From Eukaryota sp. GEM-RC1 (lineage: Eukaryota): 64,000 bases of DNA. Positions 62,018 through 64,000 of the stretch are shown here, piece after piece. A program made the position numbers and the translations under genes. The notes beneath the pieces are model-generated. The model saw only the letters and a program-made list of their open reading frames with translations. It did no database searches and had not been told where the DNA came from. Where the stretch lies: the NCBI GenBank assembly GCA_040285855.1, contig JAUFOQ010000017.1, forward strand, positions 1,612,001-1,676,000, in the 5' to 3' direction. Numbering within the stretch: the stretch's first letter is position 1; each line of letters begins with the position of its first letter.

Positions 62018-63697
62018 TTTATTCGGCACCTAATAAGGTAACCTTCCTACAAACTATGAAATTGTAAAAACAAACAAAAAATACTAAGATTAAATCCAAA
62101 CGACTTCATCACCACCCGGTAAAAGATTGCGTTTATCAACATTAACCTTCACACCAAACTTGTACAATTTCTCAATTAATCTAGAGAAATAGAAAGGTAT
62201 ATTCCGATATATGGAAAACACTATACAGTTTTTCCATTCAGCCATTCTAAACTTACGCTTCTTGTCTTTACACAATTCTTCGAAATCCTTGAAAAATTGA
62301 TCACCAGCAGGACTAATAGATCCAAAAGAGAAACAGCAAAAGGTTGAAACACAAATTTGGAATATGAGTTTCTATTTAATTCTTCTACTTGAGAGTCATA
62401 CTTGGAGTGTTTGAGCTTTTCAGCTGCTGTCAATGGATTAAAAGAAGAATCGAATATCCTACTAACACAAGATTTGTTACATACATCTACTGTAGTAAAA
62501 TCCATTAATGATTGACTCGATTTAAGCCACGGAGTATGTAGATCCCCTCTATTTTGATCAGTAAATTCATTTTCTGAAAGGTGATTCAAAACTGGTTCAA
62601 CTTTAGAGTGAAAACCATGTGCTTTAAACATAGAATAACAAGAATCACGTACACCATCATGAATTACTGCACGTAGATGAATAACATAACGACAATTAAT
62701 TAAATGACGAAAAACACCATTAGCTCCACAAGAGCACGTTGAATAGTTTAATAAATTTGCAGGCCAAATAGCCAAACGAAGACGCATATTGATCATCCAA
62801 GCTTCATCAGATAGATGTTTTCCATACACCTTTGGAATTTGAGAAATAAATCCAGAAGGTCCACTGTTACAAAGATCGATTAAAAAAGCAGCGAACTCGG
62901 GACTATTAGTTTTAGCCAAGCTAATACGATTATTAAAGTCCAAGAGTTCAAACTCCTTGTCAATTTATTTTGCAGCTTACATACAGCAGACGGTAGAGAT
63001 GAAATATTTTTAAAGGAGTCTCCTTCAAATGAGCTGGGAACAAAGATTCCCACATTTCAGGAGACAAAGATGATACCAAATCTTTAGCAGAGTGAATCCA
63101 ACGGCAATTACTGGAATTCAACAGATTGATTCTATCCAAGGGAAACCGTTTCAAAAATTCAAACATAAAATTCTTAACACCTCCTAAAAGAGCAGATTTT
63201 CTAATGATTTTTGCATGGGTGAAACCTACTCCTGCGAATTCAGAAGAATAAAAAGCATGAAATGGAATCTTAGACTCATCAATTTCAGCCAAGTTAGAGA
63301 GAAAATTTGTTCTTATAGAATTAAATTTCTTGGCAAATGTTTCAGTAAGGGAATAGTCTAATGAACGTAAAAAATGATTAATTTTTCCGGAAAAACAGAC
63401 CTGAAGCATAGCAAAGGAAACATGTTTGATCACATCTAAAGATAATATTTGATTTAGTTTTTCTTCAATTGTGGTTAATGAACTCTCCAATTCTAAATGA
63501 ATTTTCTCATAATTTCCCAAAAACGTGCCAAGGAAACGAAAACATTGAGTAGAATAATCGATGATAGGAATATTACAAAAACCAAGATTAGAAACATTCG
63601 AAGACTTGACAACAAGAAAACACTTAACAAAATTGATTGTTAAACCAATACTCAAAGAAAGTTCAATGAAACGTGAAAAACACTTTTTGAGAACGTC
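62018..63697 (-). mobile_element. Longest 5'-truncated CRE-like retrotransposon copy (RT C-terminus plus RLE)
   Basis: GLTINFVKC and FRFLGTFLG (RT domains 6-7), INHFLRS, GVG, Zn motif, PD-(D/E)xK-type RLE; 3' end AATAAA. Confidence 0.92.
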
Positions 63698-63826
63698 TAA
63701 TGTAGATAAACGTAATCTTTTACCGGGTGGTGGTGAAGTCGTTTTGGTTTAATCATAGTATTATTTGTTTGTTTGTTGCAATTTCATAATTTTGTAGGAA
63801 GGTTACCTTATGGGGTGCCGAATAAA
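63698..63826 (+). mobile_element. CRE-like retrotransposon 3' end (opposite orientation)
   Basis: TAATGTAGATAAACGTAATC...GGGTGCCGAATAAA; a matching upstream piece lies at 61985-62006. Confidence 0.88.
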
Positions 63827-64000
63827 GTTTTTCAACAGTGATAATAGTATCTAGAGGATTTCAAAATATCAGTAACATTTACAGTTAGTTAATTCGATCT
63901 TTATTTACAATAGTTATAGATCAAAATTCTGTATTGATTTCCAAACAGTTTGAATAGCATGAAAACCGCTGTATTAAACCAAAAATACATATTGATATGT

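Overview
Eukaryotic, gene-dense, AT-rich protist-type DNA. It has tiny GT-AG introns of about 27-33 nt, very short intergenic spacers and the standard genetic code. Frequent single-base frameshifts occur even in housekeeping genes, which suggests assembly indel errors. Host genes include an EF-hand kinase, PP4R3/SMEK, ARF, a bacterial-type glutamate-cysteine ligase, Pumilio, Nudix, UBX, Yip1, RING-YEATS, NmrA, proteasome alpha-6, CDC5L, a giant CUB-like-domain protein, a vanin/biotinidase-like nitrilase, an LRR protein, tRNA-Ser(UGA) and tRNA-Gly(GCC). These are interleaved with many hAT-type elements (most with 8-bp TSDs) and truncated copies of a CRE-like RLE non-LTR retrotransposon. The standout is an accessory island at about 15.8-34 kb. 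It holds an apparent ~6.3-kb polyprotein gene: 81-bp tandem-repeat leader, 2A ribosomal-skip motif (DVESNPG|P), two Ulp1/SENP8-like protease domains, a degenerate PolB 3'-5' exonuclease domain, a Fanzor1 (TnpB-derived RNA-guided RuvC nuclease, D-E-D triad intact) and two CCHC knuckles. A structured omegaRNA candidate follows it, with a hAT element inserted at its 3' end. A second diverged Fanzor fragment, a c-type lysozyme and a Pif1 helicase bracketed by minisatellites lie in the same island. All family assignments come from motif recognition by eye, not from database searches.
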